Source: Myxococcota bacterium (lineage in GTDB: Bacteria; Myxococcota_A; UBA9160; UBA6930). From it: 64,000 nt of DNA. The stretch is taken from NCBI GenBank assembly GCA_965223705.1, contig OZ245015.1:928001-992000 (forward strand), in the 5' to 3' direction. The notes under the pieces are model-generated. The model saw only the letters and a program-made list of their open reading frames with translations. It was not told the origin of the DNA and searched no databases. Position 1 is the stretch's first letter, and the number at the start of each line of letters is the position of its first letter. This document shows, piece by piece, positions 1 to 9,804 of the stretch. Position numbers and translations under genes: made by a program.

Positions 1-2
1 GA

Positions 3-1070
3 AAGGTGCTGCTTCACGCACCCAAGAACGGCTTCTTCTACGTCATCGACCGCAAGGACGGGAAGCTTCTTTCGGCGGAGAAAATCGGAAAAGCCACGTG
101 GGCGACGCACATCGACATGGAGACCGGGCGCCCCGTTGAAGTCGAGGGCGCGCGCTACGAGGACGGTTCCGAGCTCGTTTGGCCGAGCCCCTTTGGTGTG
201 CACAACTGGCACGCGATGTCGTTCAGTCCAAAGACCGGTCTGGCGTACCTCCCGACGATCGATCTGCCGGCGCTCTACACCGATGAAGGCATCGATATCA
301 AGAACTGGAGCTCGCCCAACTTCTCGCTCAGCGCGGGCGTGGCCTTCGGCGGAGACACGCCGGTCGACACTGGTAAGGCGACGCTTCTCGCGTGGAACCC
401 GCTGACTCAGAAGAAGGCGTGGAGCGTCGAGCTACCGAACAATTGGAATCCGGGAACGCTCGCCACGGCCGGGGACCTCGTGTTTCAAGGGCGCGCCACC
501 GGCGAGCTCAAGGCGTACGACGCGTCTACTGGCAAAGAGCTCTGGTCGCAGCACATGGGTTCCGGGATCTCGGCTCCGCCGATTACGTATGCCGTTGACG
601 GAAAACAATACCTTTCGCTGCTGGTGGGTTGGGGTGGCTCAGGCCTCGCGCTCGGGTCGATGGCTGCGCAGCACGGCTGGGCGTATCGCGCCCAGCCGCG
701 ACGCCTCTACACGTTCACCCTGGACGGAGATCGGCCGATGCCTCCCTCGCCGCCGCCGCACATTCCGCAGCCCATCGACGTCGCGGATTTCGCCATCGAC
801 AGCGCGCTTGAGGCTCACGGCGAGAAGCTCTTCAACGAGGCGTGTTTTCTCTGTCACGGCGGTGCCGCGATCTCTGGTGGTTACGCACCCGACCTCCGCG
901 CGTCGTTGCTGTCGACGACGTTCGAAGGGTTCAGCCAGGTCGTAAAGAGCGGCCGCATGCCGCTCGGGATGCCGCGCTATCCCGACTACGCGGAGAAAGA
1001 CTTGCAAGGGCTCTATCACTTCGTTCGCGCGCGGGCGCGCGAAGGGGCGAGCGATCCGACCGAACCTTAG
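3..1070 (+). CDS. PQQ-dependent quinohemoprotein (type II) alcohol dehydrogenase, 5'-truncated by window edge
   Basis: APKNGFFYVIDR, GVHNWHAMSFSP, TLATAGDLVFQG, APPITYAVDGKQY beta-propeller motifs; C-terminal cytochrome c with CFLCH and PDLR. Confidence 0.93.
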   Translation, partial: KVLLHAPKNGFFYVIDRKDGKLLSAEKIGKATWATHIDMETGRPVEVEGARYEDGSELVWPSPFGVHNWHAMSFSPKTGLAYLPTIDLPALYTDEGIDIKNWSSPNFSLSAGVAFGGDTPVDTGKATLLAWNPLTQKKAWSVELPNNWNPGTLATAGDLVFQGRATGELKAYDASTGKELWSQHMGSGISAPPITYAVDGKQYLSLLVGWGGSGLALGSMAAQHGWAYRAQPRRLYTFTLDGDRPMPPSPPPHIPQPIDVADFAIDSALEAHGEKLFNEACFLCHGGAAISGGYAPDLRASLLSTTFEGFSQVVKSGRMPLGMPRYPDYAEKDLQGLYHFVRARAREGASDPTEP

Positions 1071-1636
1071 AAGTCGGGTAGGCCTTTCGGCGGCAAGGCC
1101 GGTCGCTCGACCGGCCGAAACTCGAATGGGACGCGTTCGTCTTCCGGGTTCGGGAGAATCGGGCCGTCGGCCGCCATGGCGCTGTCGCCTTCTCCGTCGG
1201 CATCGCTCGGCTCTTCCGTCGCGTCGGCCAGGGATCCGTTGAGCAGCACACCGTTCGTCAGCTCGGAAAGCGCGGTCTGGGCCGAATCCGCGACCTGCTT
1301 GCTCCACGGCAGGCCGTACGCGCGCGGACGACCGACGACGCGTCCCTGTTCGTCGACCGAGCGAACCCAGAGGTAGATCGCTCCCGGATCCGAGCCGCCT
1401 TTCTCGGGCTCGTCCACCTCGATCCACAACACACGAAAATTCTCGGGCAGCGGACTCGAGGTCGGCCACCCGAGCAGGCCGAACAACCCGTGCCAGGTGC
1501 CGATGTAGAGCGCCGTGACGAGGGCGATCGCCAGCGCCTTGATCGGGCGCGAGTACGGTGACGCCAGATTCAAATTGAGCAGGAGCGCGGCGACCGCGAC
1601 GTAGGCCGCAGTGAGAACCAGGACGGGAACGGTCAC
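1067..1636 (-). CDS. Hypothetical membrane protein (two N-terminal TMs plus soluble domain), third gene of ExbB/ExbD-like module
   Basis: Hydrophobic N-terminus, LGWP and IYLW...PRAYGLPW motifs; GTGA overlap with upstream gene. Confidence 0.75.
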   Translation of the reverse strand: MTVPVLVLTAAYVAVAALLLNLNLASPYSRPIKALAIALVTALYIGTWHGLFGLLGWPTSSPLPENFRVLWIEVDEPEKGGSDPGAIYLWVRSVDEQGRVVGRPRAYGLPWSKQVADSAQTALSELTNGVLLNGSLADATEEPSDADGEGDSAMAADGPILPNPEDERVPFEFRPVERPALPPKGLPDF

Positions 1637-2250
1637 AGTTTTCCGCTGGTCGCAGTAGTCAAGAGCCGCTTCGGGAAGGCGTTGCGATCCGTAATCGTGC
1701 CGTCACCACCGATCGTGAAGCGCACGGCGGTCTTTTCATCTCCCATCCCAGTGAGTACGACGCTGTCGTAGTGCACGAGTTGCACCGTCGGGTTCAGCTT
1801 TTCGACCTTGACGTTCACGGAAACCGGCGACGCGTAGTTCGACTTGAAGTGGAAGACATTGACGACGTATTCACCCGGCGTGAGTGCGCGCAAGCTGACG
1901 GTTTCTTGGTTGAGCGCCGTCGCAAATTCCTGATCTCCGACGGACGTGCGATCAGCGAAGCCCCCCCGATCGTCTCGGTCGAGGTGCATCAACCCCGTGT
2001 CCCGGTTCCGGTACCACAGCAGGTTTCCCTGCGGATCTTCGACCAGGGTATCGATGTCGTCGGGGTGTCCATCGGCCCAGGTGACCGTGATGAGGACTTC
2101 CGCTTTCGACTGGATGTTGCCCGCGTCCTCCGGTTCGTTGATCTGGGCGAAAGCCAACACAAACATGAACGCGAACCCGAGGAGCGCGTTGAACAGCAAA
2201 TCCGTGAACGCGTCCTGGGATTCGCTTCGACGAAAAACGCTATGGCGCAT
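1633..2250 (-). CDS. ExbD/MotB-like single-TM protein with YfaP-like soluble domain
   Basis: AFTDLLFNALLGF TM with conserved Asp; ITVTW..DDIDTLVEDP, LDRDDRG, GEYVVNVFHF. Confidence 0.7.
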   Translation of the reverse strand: MRHSVFRRSESQDAFTDLLFNALLGFAFMFVLAFAQINEPEDAGNIQSKAEVLITVTWADGHPDDIDTLVEDPQGNLLWYRNRDTGLMHLDRDDRGGFADRTSVGDQEFATALNQETVSLRALTPGEYVVNVFHFKSNYASPVSVNVKVEKLNPTVQLVHYDSVVLTGMGDEKTAVRFTIGGDGTITDRNAFPKRLLTTATSGKL

Positions 2251-2929
2251 GAGGAGGTGACGGATCGGAGAGTCTGACGTCGGTCAACACCGCGAGCCGC
2301 GTCGCGAGATCGGCCGCAGAGGCGTCGAGCAAGTGGTACTGCAGCCGCAGCAGCGTACTCGTGACGAGCCCCGCGAGCGTCGTATACAAGGCGACGGCCA
2401 TGCCGCCGCTCATCGACCGCAGGAGTTGCTGCATGAGCGGTGCGCTGAATTCCGAAAGCTCCGCAACCGGTAGGAGCATCAAGATAAAGCCGACGACAGT
2501 TCCCAGCAGTCCGAGTTTGAGCAGCGCGTCCGAAGCGAAATGCCCAAAGGCGTGTCGGTTGACGAGCTCGTCACCGAAGGCCGTGAGGAGCGCCGTGCAA
2601 TCTCCGCGGCCGTTCTTCTCACGCCAGTTCGTGACGAAGTTTCCGAGCAAGCCTCGCTCGAAGCGACCGAGATCGAGATCGCCGTCGGTCAGCTCGTGTT
2701 CGAGCTGGCCGAAGTGCTTGCGTTCCTCGCCGAGCTGATACGCGAGCCAGAGCCAGTGCGCGCTCGCGAGCACGTAGAAAGCCAAGATCAGGTACGAGAT
2801 GTAACTCTGATCCGAACGGAGTAGGAGGCCCAGCAGGCCCCGATCGGCGGCGATATAGGCGGCCACCCCGACCAGGCCGAGGATGATGAGCGCCCGGAGA
2901 GCGACGTTGGTGTCCGTAGGTCTCGACAA
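2240..2929 (-). CDS. MotA/TolQ/ExbB proton channel family protein
   Basis: LGLLGTVVGFI and GMAVALYTTLAGLV signatures. Confidence 0.88.
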   Translation of the reverse strand: MSRPTDTNVALRALIILGLVGVAAYIAADRGLLGLLLRSDQSYISYLILAFYVLASAHWLWLAYQLGEERKHFGQLEHELTDGDLDLGRFERGLLGNFVTNWREKNGRGDCTALLTAFGDELVNRHAFGHFASDALLKLGLLGTVVGFILMLLPVAELSEFSAPLMQQLLRSMSGGMAVALYTTLAGLVTSTLLRLQYHLLDASAADLATRLAVLTDVRLSDPSPPHAP

Positions 2930-2974
2930 ACCGCCGAAGTTTACGCGACCCCCCGGTGCGCTTCTAGGGGGTTA

Positions 2975-4519
2975 TTAGTCGTTGGCACTCCACCCCAACG
3001 CGTCGACGATCGCGTGGTAGATGAAGTTCTGCTCCTGGACGCCGTGGAAGAGAAAGGCTCCGGGCCCGTCTGCGAAGAGCGGGACGTCGGCTCCTCCATG
3101 GGTCTCCGACGTGAGGGGAACGATCGCTTCTTGCAAGTAGGCCGGATCGACGACGGATTCCTTCGCCAATGGGGGACGCTCGCTCGCCGCCGACCCCTCG
3201 CTCGGGTAGTGGGGATAGTGTTTCGGTCCCGCGGGTTGGGCGTTCGACGGGCCGGTATGGCCCGGCCCGTTCGCGTAGGAAAGCGTCGTGAAGGGGCGGC
3301 CGGCGAGATCGGGGGCGGGCTGCCCCGACGTGTCTTCGCCGAAGGGATCGCGCCCGCTGACGAGCCCGAGGATCGGATTCCCTCGTGGCGAGTAGCCACC
3401 CATGCTGAGCGTATGCCCGTGATCCGCAGTCACGACGATCAGCGTTTCAGCGAGGTCGACTTCTTCGAGTGCGGCGGCGACTGCTTCGTCGAAAGCGATC
3501 GTATCTCGCAACGCGCGGTAAGCGTTCCCCGCGTGGTGGCCGTGATCGATACGCCCGCCCTCGACGATGAGGACATAGCCCGACGCGTTCTTCGAGAGGA
3601 TGGCCAGAGCTGCCTTGGTCATCTCGGCCAGCGACGGCTCCTCGCTGTCCTTGCGATCCGCTTCGTACTCGAGGTGGCTGTCTGCGAACAAACCGAGCAC
3701 GTGCCGCGTTTCGGTCGAATCGAGCGTCCGTAGCGCCTCGGCGTCGGAAATGACGATGGCTCCGGATTTCTCGGCCCATCGGGCCTCGAGGTCGCGCCCG
3801 TCTTTCCTGCTTCCGTCGGGCGCGCCCCGGAAGTGTCGTCGGCCCCCGCCGAGCGCAACTTCGAGGCCGTCACCCGCTGGGAACTCGACGAGCTGCCGCG
3901 CGATGTCGGGGAAACCGCCCTCCCGTGCGGCTTCGGGAAGCTCGGTGTCGTCTTCCCAGTTGCGGTGCGCCGCGTGCGCGTAGCAGGCCGCTGGTGTCGC
4001 GTGGGTGAGGCGCGCCGTCGAAACGACGCCCGTCGAAAGCCCCCGCGCTTCCGCTTGCTCGCACAGCGACGTCACGCGGCTCCCTGCGACACTCGTGTAG
4101 TCGCCGAGCCGTACCGAGGCATCGACGCCGAGAACGCCCGAGCGCGTTTTCACACCCGAGAGGATGGCTGTCATGGTGCCGGCGGAATCCGGTACCTGCA
4201 TGTTCGTCGTGTAGGTTCGGATCAGCGCCGTATGCGGGAGTTGTTCGAAGACGAGACGATGTTCTTCGCCGCGCTTTCCCGCGAGTTGGCCGGCGAAAAT
4301 GCGGGCGGCGGTCACCGTGGTGACGTCCATGCCGTCCCCCAGGAAGATGATGGCGTTCTTCGCTGGCGTCGGGCGGCGCCGCTCGGCTTCGGCGCGCGCG
4401 CGTTCGACGGCGGCGCGGCCCGCTTCGAACCAGTCGGGATCCGAAAGCCCGGCCTCCCCCCAGGCCCCAACGGCAAGGGTGCACCCGAGCACGACGACCG
4501 GACAAGCGAAGTAGCGCAT
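2975..4519 (-). CDS. phoA: Alkaline phosphatase (PhoA family), secreted
   Basis: FLGDGM, VPDSAGT (catalytic Ser), THATPA, EGGRIDHGHH, TADHGH, ETHGGADV; signal peptide. Confidence 0.95.
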   Translation of the reverse strand: MRYFACPVVVLGCTLAVGAWGEAGLSDPDWFEAGRAAVERARAEAERRRPTPAKNAIIFLGDGMDVTTVTAARIFAGQLAGKRGEEHRLVFEQLPHTALIRTYTTNMQVPDSAGTMTAILSGVKTRSGVLGVDASVRLGDYTSVAGSRVTSLCEQAEARGLSTGVVSTARLTHATPAACYAHAAHRNWEDDTELPEAAREGGFPDIARQLVEFPAGDGLEVALGGGRRHFRGAPDGSRKDGRDLEARWAEKSGAIVISDAEALRTLDSTETRHVLGLFADSHLEYEADRKDSEEPSLAEMTKAALAILSKNASGYVLIVEGGRIDHGHHAGNAYRALRDTIAFDEAVAAALEEVDLAETLIVVTADHGHTLSMGGYSPRGNPILGLVSGRDPFGEDTSGQPAPDLAGRPFTTLSYANGPGHTGPSNAQPAGPKHYPHYPSEGSAASERPPLAKESVVDPAYLQEAIVPLTSETHGGADVPLFADGPGAFLFHGVQEQNFIYHAIVDALGWSAND

Positions 4520-4553
4520 GGAACCTCCCGCGCTCGAGTCTAGACGCGGTGGT

Positions 4554-6293
4554 CTAATTCTGCCGTGCGGAAGGAGCGGCGTCCGCCTCGCCGACGGAGA
4601 TGATCGAAACGAGGTACCGACCCCACGGTTCGCCCGCCGCGCGATGCATCGCGACGCCGATACCGACGGATAGGTCCGCCGGCTCGAGGAGCGTGTCCGG
4701 GAACTCGATGTTGTCGAGCCGGTTCGTCTCGGTCAGCCAACCGCCGACGGTTCCGAGAGTGGTCTCGGCGGAACGGCGAAGCAGTCCGTTCAAGACTTGC
4801 TCGGGATCGGAGCCGCTCGCGATATTTTCCGCGGCTTCCCCACAGAGTGCGGAGATCTCGGGAAGCTCCGTCGGCGCCGCGCGTCTCCTCGAGGCGCGGG
4901 CCGCCGCCAATGCGCTGAGGATCGCCTGGCCGGTAGCGGCGCTATCGCTTTTCCCAAAAGTATCGTACGCGGCGAGGAGGAGGGCCAGCACCGACCGATC
5001 GTCTCGTCGATCGATCGTAGAGCCGATGGCCAACGTATCCGCATCCGCATGGAGAAGAACCGCGCGTCCTTCCGGGTACGCGACCATGTGTCCGAGGAGC
5101 CGGTTGATATCGAGCGAATCCGACTGCCAATCCCAGAAGACATCGCCGGATCGAACGGGGTCTTCGACGTCCCAACCCGCCAACATCCCGAGCGTCGCGG
5201 TCTCGAGGGTTGCGGACGCGACTCCGGCGGCGCCGTGAAGGAAATGCGCGATCAGCCGATCCGCCGTCGCGCTTTGCGCGGGCGAAAGATGCAGCGCGTC
5301 GAGGCCGGCTCGCGCACGCAAGGCGTTGACACTCGCGAGGGCTTGCTCCGAAACCGCTTCTGGCGTTGCCGGCGTCGCCGGCGCGGGGGGTGGCGGACGA
5401 CGGTACGTCGCGCTCGCGTTCCCCTTCGCGAAGATCAACAGATCGAGCCCTTTCTCCGCGAGTAGCCGCCCCGCCGGCCGAAACTGCAACGAAATGACCG
5501 CCGGCTCGCGTTCGCCTTCCGTCGAACAGCGGAATGAAAAACGCGGCAGCGCGACCGAAGGGTCTGCCGCACACGAAGCGAAGCCCGAGGCACCGCGATT
5601 GATGAGCGCCGCGGTCGATACGACGCCCTCGAGCACTTCCCCCTCGATTCGGACGGATTCACCCGGTAATCGCTCCCCGGAGATGGGCGCCACGCGCACA
5701 CGTCGGCGACCGTGCGCCACTGCGAATACGACGCGCTCTCCGATTCTCCCGAACCACACGCCCGCGCTCCGCGGATGCGCGTCGCCCAGTTCGTTCGCGA
5801 GAAGGCCGCGAATGTTCACGGCGCGCTCGCGAAGAATGACCTCGTGAGGCTCGTTCTCGGGAACCTGGAAGCCCAGGTAGGCGAGGGACGTGTCGGCGGC
5901 CGAGGATCGACAGCGCGCGGCGACAAAGCGGCGCACGGCGCTGCTCGGCTGCGCGCCGTGGGTCAGCAGAAATCGGCCGAGCTCCCGAGCGACGCAGTGC
6001 ATGGCTTCGGTCGGGATCAGCGAGGGACCGCGCTTCTCCGCTTGCGCGGCGAGGAACGCGCCGGCTGGCGACGAATCGGCAAAGGGTTTCGTTTCGATCC
6101 GATCCGGGAACGGGCCGCCGAGCTCCCAGGAAGCCGGGTCGAGAAAGCGCCGCTCGAGCATCGCATCGGGAACTTCCCGCGACGGCAGCGCCCGGATCTC
6201 TTCGGGGCTGGGGAAGGCCCCGACCGTCATCGGGGCCTGCGCGTAAGACGCGAGACCCAGGAAAGTCGCCAGCAGGCACACCATGCTGCGCAT
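4554..6293 (-). CDS. Secreted hypothetical protein with CAP/SCP-like segment (paralog of 20213..22012)
   Basis: Signal peptide MRSMVCLLATFLGLASYA after GAAGG; VNALRARAGLDAL segment; many motifs shared with paralog. Confidence 0.75.
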   Translation of the reverse strand: MRSMVCLLATFLGLASYAQAPMTVGAFPSPEEIRALPSREVPDAMLERRFLDPASWELGGPFPDRIETKPFADSSPAGAFLAAQAEKRGPSLIPTEAMHCVARELGRFLLTHGAQPSSAVRRFVAARCRSSAADTSLAYLGFQVPENEPHEVILRERAVNIRGLLANELGDAHPRSAGVWFGRIGERVVFAVAHGRRRVRVAPISGERLPGESVRIEGEVLEGVVSTAALINRGASGFASCAADPSVALPRFSFRCSTEGEREPAVISLQFRPAGRLLAEKGLDLLIFAKGNASATYRRPPPPAPATPATPEAVSEQALASVNALRARAGLDALHLSPAQSATADRLIAHFLHGAAGVASATLETATLGMLAGWDVEDPVRSGDVFWDWQSDSLDINRLLGHMVAYPEGRAVLLHADADTLAIGSTIDRRDDRSVLALLLAAYDTFGKSDSAATGQAILSALAAARASRRRAAPTELPEISALCGEAAENIASGSDPEQVLNGLLRRSAETTLGTVGGWLTETNRLDNIEFPDTLLEPADLSVGIGVAMHRAAGEPWGRYLVSIISVGEADAAPSARQN

Positions 6294-6365
6294 GTTCTCA
6301 CCTTCACGTTGTGAGGCCGGACTCGATAACCTCAGGCGAGTCTGATGAATTCGGAGGGGTTGCGC

Positions 6366-6884
6366 ATGACCTGGGTAGAGCTCGGCGGACTTGGAGAATT
6401 TCTGGGAGCGATGGGCGTCATTGTGACGCTTGTCTACTTGTCGATCCAAGTGCGGCAGAACACGCGCGCGATGGACGACGGCCGCCGTTTGGCTTTGGCG
6501 CAGACGTATCAGATGCGCGCCGATGGTTTGCAGAGCATGCTGGTGCAGGCGGCCGATTCACAGCACATCGCTCCCATCATCGAGCGGCTGACGGGGCTGG
6601 GGTATCCAGAGGACGTAGCGGCGCTCGAGCAGCTTTCCTCCGATGAGCGCAGTCGGTTCCGGTTGTGGCAAATCGCCCAACAAACCCATTGGGACAACAT
6701 GCTCTACCAGTATCAGCAGGGCTTTCTCGATCCCGAGTACTACGAGGACGCGTTCAAGGTTCGCGTGCGACGTCTGGCTCCGACGTGGGACGCGTTGGGG
6801 CTCATCGGAGGACGCAGCAGTTTCGACCGCGCCCTCCGCGAGATCATGTGCGAGGAATCGCCTGCGCCTACAAGTTCGGGATGA
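6366..6884 (+). CDS. Hypothetical membrane-anchored protein (GEFLGAxxVxxTLxYLxxQVRQN family)
   Basis: GGAGG RBS before ATG 6366; N-terminal TM motif shared with 24399..24875. Confidence 0.75.
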   Translation: MTWVELGGLGEFLGAMGVIVTLVYLSIQVRQNTRAMDDGRRLALAQTYQMRADGLQSMLVQAADSQHIAPIIERLTGLGYPEDVAALEQLSSDERSRFRLWQIAQQTHWDNMLYQYQQGFLDPEYYEDAFKVRVRRLAPTWDALGLIGGRSSFDRALREIMCEESPAPTSSG

Positions 6885-7881
6885 CTTTTTCGCCGAACAT
6901 CCGGATGTCGGCCAGCACCTGCTGATGCGGTGGGCCGCCGGGTTGTTGCAGGCGTACCATGAGTGAGTCGGGTTGAATGGCTTCCTGCCACATTCGGAGC
7001 TGATCCATGCACTCGTCCGGCGAGCCGACGATCAACCGGTCTTTGGCCGCCACGTCAAACGTCAAGTCGGCCGTGCACGTAACATCCTTCAGGTGCTCGT
7101 CCATGACGTAGGCGCCGCCCTCGTAGTAGTAGTGGTGGGTCACCATCGTCGGCCCGCTCTTCGCTTCGGCATCGGCCCGGGAATCGCCGATGATGCAATC
7201 CCGCATCAGGCAGATATAGGGCTTGCGGCCGGCTTTCTTCGCGAGCTCTCGGTACTCGTCCGCTTCCTGCTTGATGACGGAGAGGGACTGCACCGGGTCG
7301 GCGATCCAGCCGTCGGCCATGCGGGCTGCGCGCGCGATACCGGGCGGGCTCCAGGCGGCGAGCCAGATCGGAGGGCCACCGGCTTGGGCCGGTCGCGGCG
7401 TGACGCGCACGTTCTCGATCGTGTGGTACTTGCTCGGATAGCTGAAAGGCTCGCCGGTCCACGCCTGGCGCATGATCTCGACGCCTTCTTCGCTTCGCCG
7501 CGCGCGCTGTTTTGCGGAGACGCCCACGGCGTCGAAGTCCGGGCCCTGGTAACCGATCCCCGCCCCGACGATCATGCGACCGCCTGTCGCCTGGTCGACC
7601 ACCGCGATGTCTTCGGCCAGGCGAATCGGGTGATAGAGCGGCTGCAACAACACGCAAGTACCGACCTTGAGGGTCTGCGTGCGAGCGCCGACCAGGCCGG
7701 CCAAAAGCACCGGGTTCGGCAGGTAGCCATCCTCTTGTTGGTGGTGCTCGGTAAAGAAAAAGCCCTCGAAGCCCACCTGCTCGCACAACTCGGCTTGCTC
7801 GAAGATCTCTTGAATCACACGGCCGATGTTGTCGCCGTTCGGCGGATCTTGTGTGCACGGGAAGTAGTTGACGGGCAGCAT
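6868..7881 (-). CDS. LLM-class flavin-dependent oxidoreductase (luciferase-like monooxygenase)
   Basis: FFTEHH, PLYHPIRLAEDIAVVD, GIGY, PPIWLA; AAGGAGG RBS. Confidence 0.92.
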   Translation of the reverse strand: MLPVNYFPCTQDPPNGDNIGRVIQEIFEQAELCEQVGFEGFFFTEHHQQEDGYLPNPVLLAGLVGARTQTLKVGTCVLLQPLYHPIRLAEDIAVVDQATGGRMIVGAGIGYQGPDFDAVGVSAKQRARRSEEGVEIMRQAWTGEPFSYPSKYHTIENVRVTPRPAQAGGPPIWLAAWSPPGIARAARMADGWIADPVQSLSVIKQEADEYRELAKKAGRKPYICLMRDCIIGDSRADAEAKSGPTMVTHHYYYEGGAYVMDEHLKDVTCTADLTFDVAAKDRLIVGSPDECMDQLRMWQEAIQPDSLMVRLQQPGGPPHQQVLADIRMFGEKVIPNL

Positions 7882-7957
7882 GGGATTCTCCTCCTTGGAA
7901 AGAGCGAGCGCTTAGCTTATACCGGAGGTGCCGCTTTAGCCCGAGAAAGGACCCGCT

Positions 7958-8554
7958 ATGGACGTGATCGAAGCGATGGAGACCTGCATCGCCATGCGAT
8001 ATTTGAAGCGAGACCCGGTTCCCGAGGCCGACCTCGAGCGCCTGGTCTACGCCGCCACTCGGGCTTCGAGCCCCGGGAACAGCCAGGGGTGGGAGTTCGT
8101 CATTCTCACCGACCCCGCCAAGAAGAAAGCGATCGGGCCGATCGTCTCCGAAGGCATCGGCCCGCTCGTCGCCGGTGCCGCCGAATTAGGCGACACCATC
8201 GAGGGCCGCATGTATCGCGGAGCGGCTCACTTGGCAAACAACTTCGAAAACGTCCCGGCCTGGATCATCGGCTGCGCGCGAAAGATCTATCCGCCCGACG
8301 ATCCCTCCGAGGCTTTCATGTACTCGACGATCTACCCCGCCGCGCAGAACCTCATCGTCGCGGCTCGTTCGATGGGCCTCGGCACTACGTTCACGACGTT
8401 CCAGATGGTCGCCGAGGACGCGTTCCGAAAGGAGCTCAACATCCCGGACGACGTGTTCCTGTGCTTTAGCGCCGCGGTGGGCTACCCGGAACGTCCGTTC
8501 GCCCCCGTCCGGAGAAAACCGGTGTCGGAGGTGCTGCACTGGAATGGCTTCTGA
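7958..8554 (+). CDS. Nitroreductase family protein
   Basis: MRYLKRDPVP, ASSPGNSQGWEF, AQNLIVAARSMGLG, VGYP. Confidence 0.92.
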   Translation: MDVIEAMETCIAMRYLKRDPVPEADLERLVYAATRASSPGNSQGWEFVILTDPAKKKAIGPIVSEGIGPLVAGAAELGDTIEGRMYRGAAHLANNFENVPAWIIGCARKIYPPDDPSEAFMYSTIYPAAQNLIVAARSMGLGTTFTTFQMVAEDAFRKELNIPDDVFLCFSAAVGYPERPFAPVRRKPVSEVLHWNGF

Positions 8555-8639
8555 GCGGAGGTGATCCCAGCGGCCGCGTGACGCGACTCCTCCTCAAGCC
8601 CGCGATGAAGAATGAACAGCGGGTACGAGGAGCGCAACG

Positions 8640-8966
8640 ATGTCGCGCGCAACGTCCGAGAACCGCCGTCCCATCGACGCTCAGTATGGAGACCTCTCCC
8701 TCCAGTGGTCGGAACTCGATTCCGGTGTTCATCTCACCCTCGAAGGGCGCGCCGGGGTTGAAGAAGCGACAGCCGTCGAGTTCGCGATGACCGTTGCCGC
8801 GGCGCGGCGCCCGAAGCGACTCGTGATCGACGCCGACGGGCTCGTCTCCCTCTGTGCACTCGCAGCGGGCCACTTGAACCGCGGCCGCCGCTCGCTCGAG
8901 CGAGCCGGCACCGAGACGCGAATCGTGGCCGATCGCGAAGGGGTCGGCAGCTACCTCGCCGTCTGA
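8640..8966 (+). CDS. STAS-like (anti-sigma antagonist-like) small protein
   Basis: 108 aa, GAGGAG RBS; HLTLEG...LVIDADGLVSL pattern resembles STAS fold. Confidence 0.5.
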   Translation: MSRATSENRRPIDAQYGDLSLQWSELDSGVHLTLEGRAGVEEATAVEFAMTVAAARRPKRLVIDADGLVSLCALAAGHLNRGRRSLERAGTETRIVADREGVGSYLAV

Positions 8967-8973
8967 GCGCCGC

Positions 8974-9684
8974 TCAGTCCGCGGTGCGCACCGGGCACGG
9001 CGCGGGTTCGTCGCAGAGGTCTGTGAGTTGGTGCTCGAGCACCCGGACCCACCGCTCGAGGCTGTCCGGGTCGAATTTGCCCGACGTTTCGCGATCGAAC
9101 GTGTTGTGGCGCTCCTGCGCGTGTTGCAGTGTGAGTTCGTACGCGCGCACCACGAGCTCCGGACCCGAATGCCGGGCCGCTAGTTTCGCGATGGTCCGCG
9201 AGAGCTGGCGCGACGCGACTTCCATAATCGCAAAGTGAATTTGTTCGTGTTGGAGGACGTACCAGTCGGGCTGCTTCACCGGTACGACGGCGGGCAGACC
9301 GGAGAGTACGCTCGCTAGGGCGACGGCTTTGCCGACCGGTCCCCCCACGCGGTTCCAAAAAGAACACTCACGCCGCAGGGTCGCGCGGAACGTCCCGGGC
9401 TCGTCGCGCGGCACGATCATCGTGCACACTTCGGCAGCGTGGGCGAAGTTGCCCCACAGGCTGTGCGACGTCTTGGCTTTGAAATCTTCCTTCGTGAGGA
9501 GGCGATACGGCACGGTTCCGCTGCGCCATTCCGGCGGGATCGGGAACTCAGGCATCTGGATGGTGGGTGCCGCTGCAGGCATCTGGATGGTGGGTGCCGC
9601 CGGCGCCTCTTCCTCGGTGGCTGAAACGACGGTGACGGTGAGAAGGAGTACGGCGGCGATCGAAGCGAAGGTGCGGAGCATCAT
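8974..9684 (-). CDS. Secreted DUF922-like putative metallopeptidase
   Basis: Signal peptide; LTKEDFKA and VLQHEQIHFAIME motifs. Confidence 0.6.
   Translation of the reverse strand: MMLRTFASIAAVLLLTVTVVSATEEEAPAAPTIQMPAAAPTIQMPEFPIPPEWRSGTVPYRLLTKEDFKAKTSHSLWGNFAHAAEVCTMIVPRDEPGTFRATLRRECSFWNRVGGPVGKAVALASVLSGLPAVVPVKQPDWYVLQHEQIHFAIMEVASRQLSRTIAKLAARHSGPELVVRAYELTLQHAQERHNTFDRETSGKFDPDSLERWVRVLEHQLTDLCDEPAPCPVRTAD
9549..9602. repeat. 27-bp in-frame tandem duplication (AAPTIQMP twice)
   Basis: caggcatctggatggtgggtgccgc(t/c)g repeated twice. Confidence 0.9.
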
Positions 9685-9804
9685 GGTGCGACCTCGAAAC
9701 ACCCCCTTCGCACCTACAAAATATCACATCGAGGGGTATCGCTTCGTGTGCGAATCTTGGGGAATGGTTCCGCTGCCGCAAAAGTTGCATCACTCAGGCG
9801 TCGC

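Noticed and set aside
1633..2929. Zorya (ZorAB) defence system
   Set aside because: ExbB-like protein lacks the long ZorA tail, partner lacks an OmpA-like domain, and no ZorC/D/E is nearby
6973..8469. Long alternative-frame and antisense ORFs (also e.g. 9790..11322, 12566..14068, 36793..38385, 43656..45215, 60892..62382)
   Set aside because: Shadow ORFs expected in high-GC DNA; they overlap genes with clear family motifs and show none themselves
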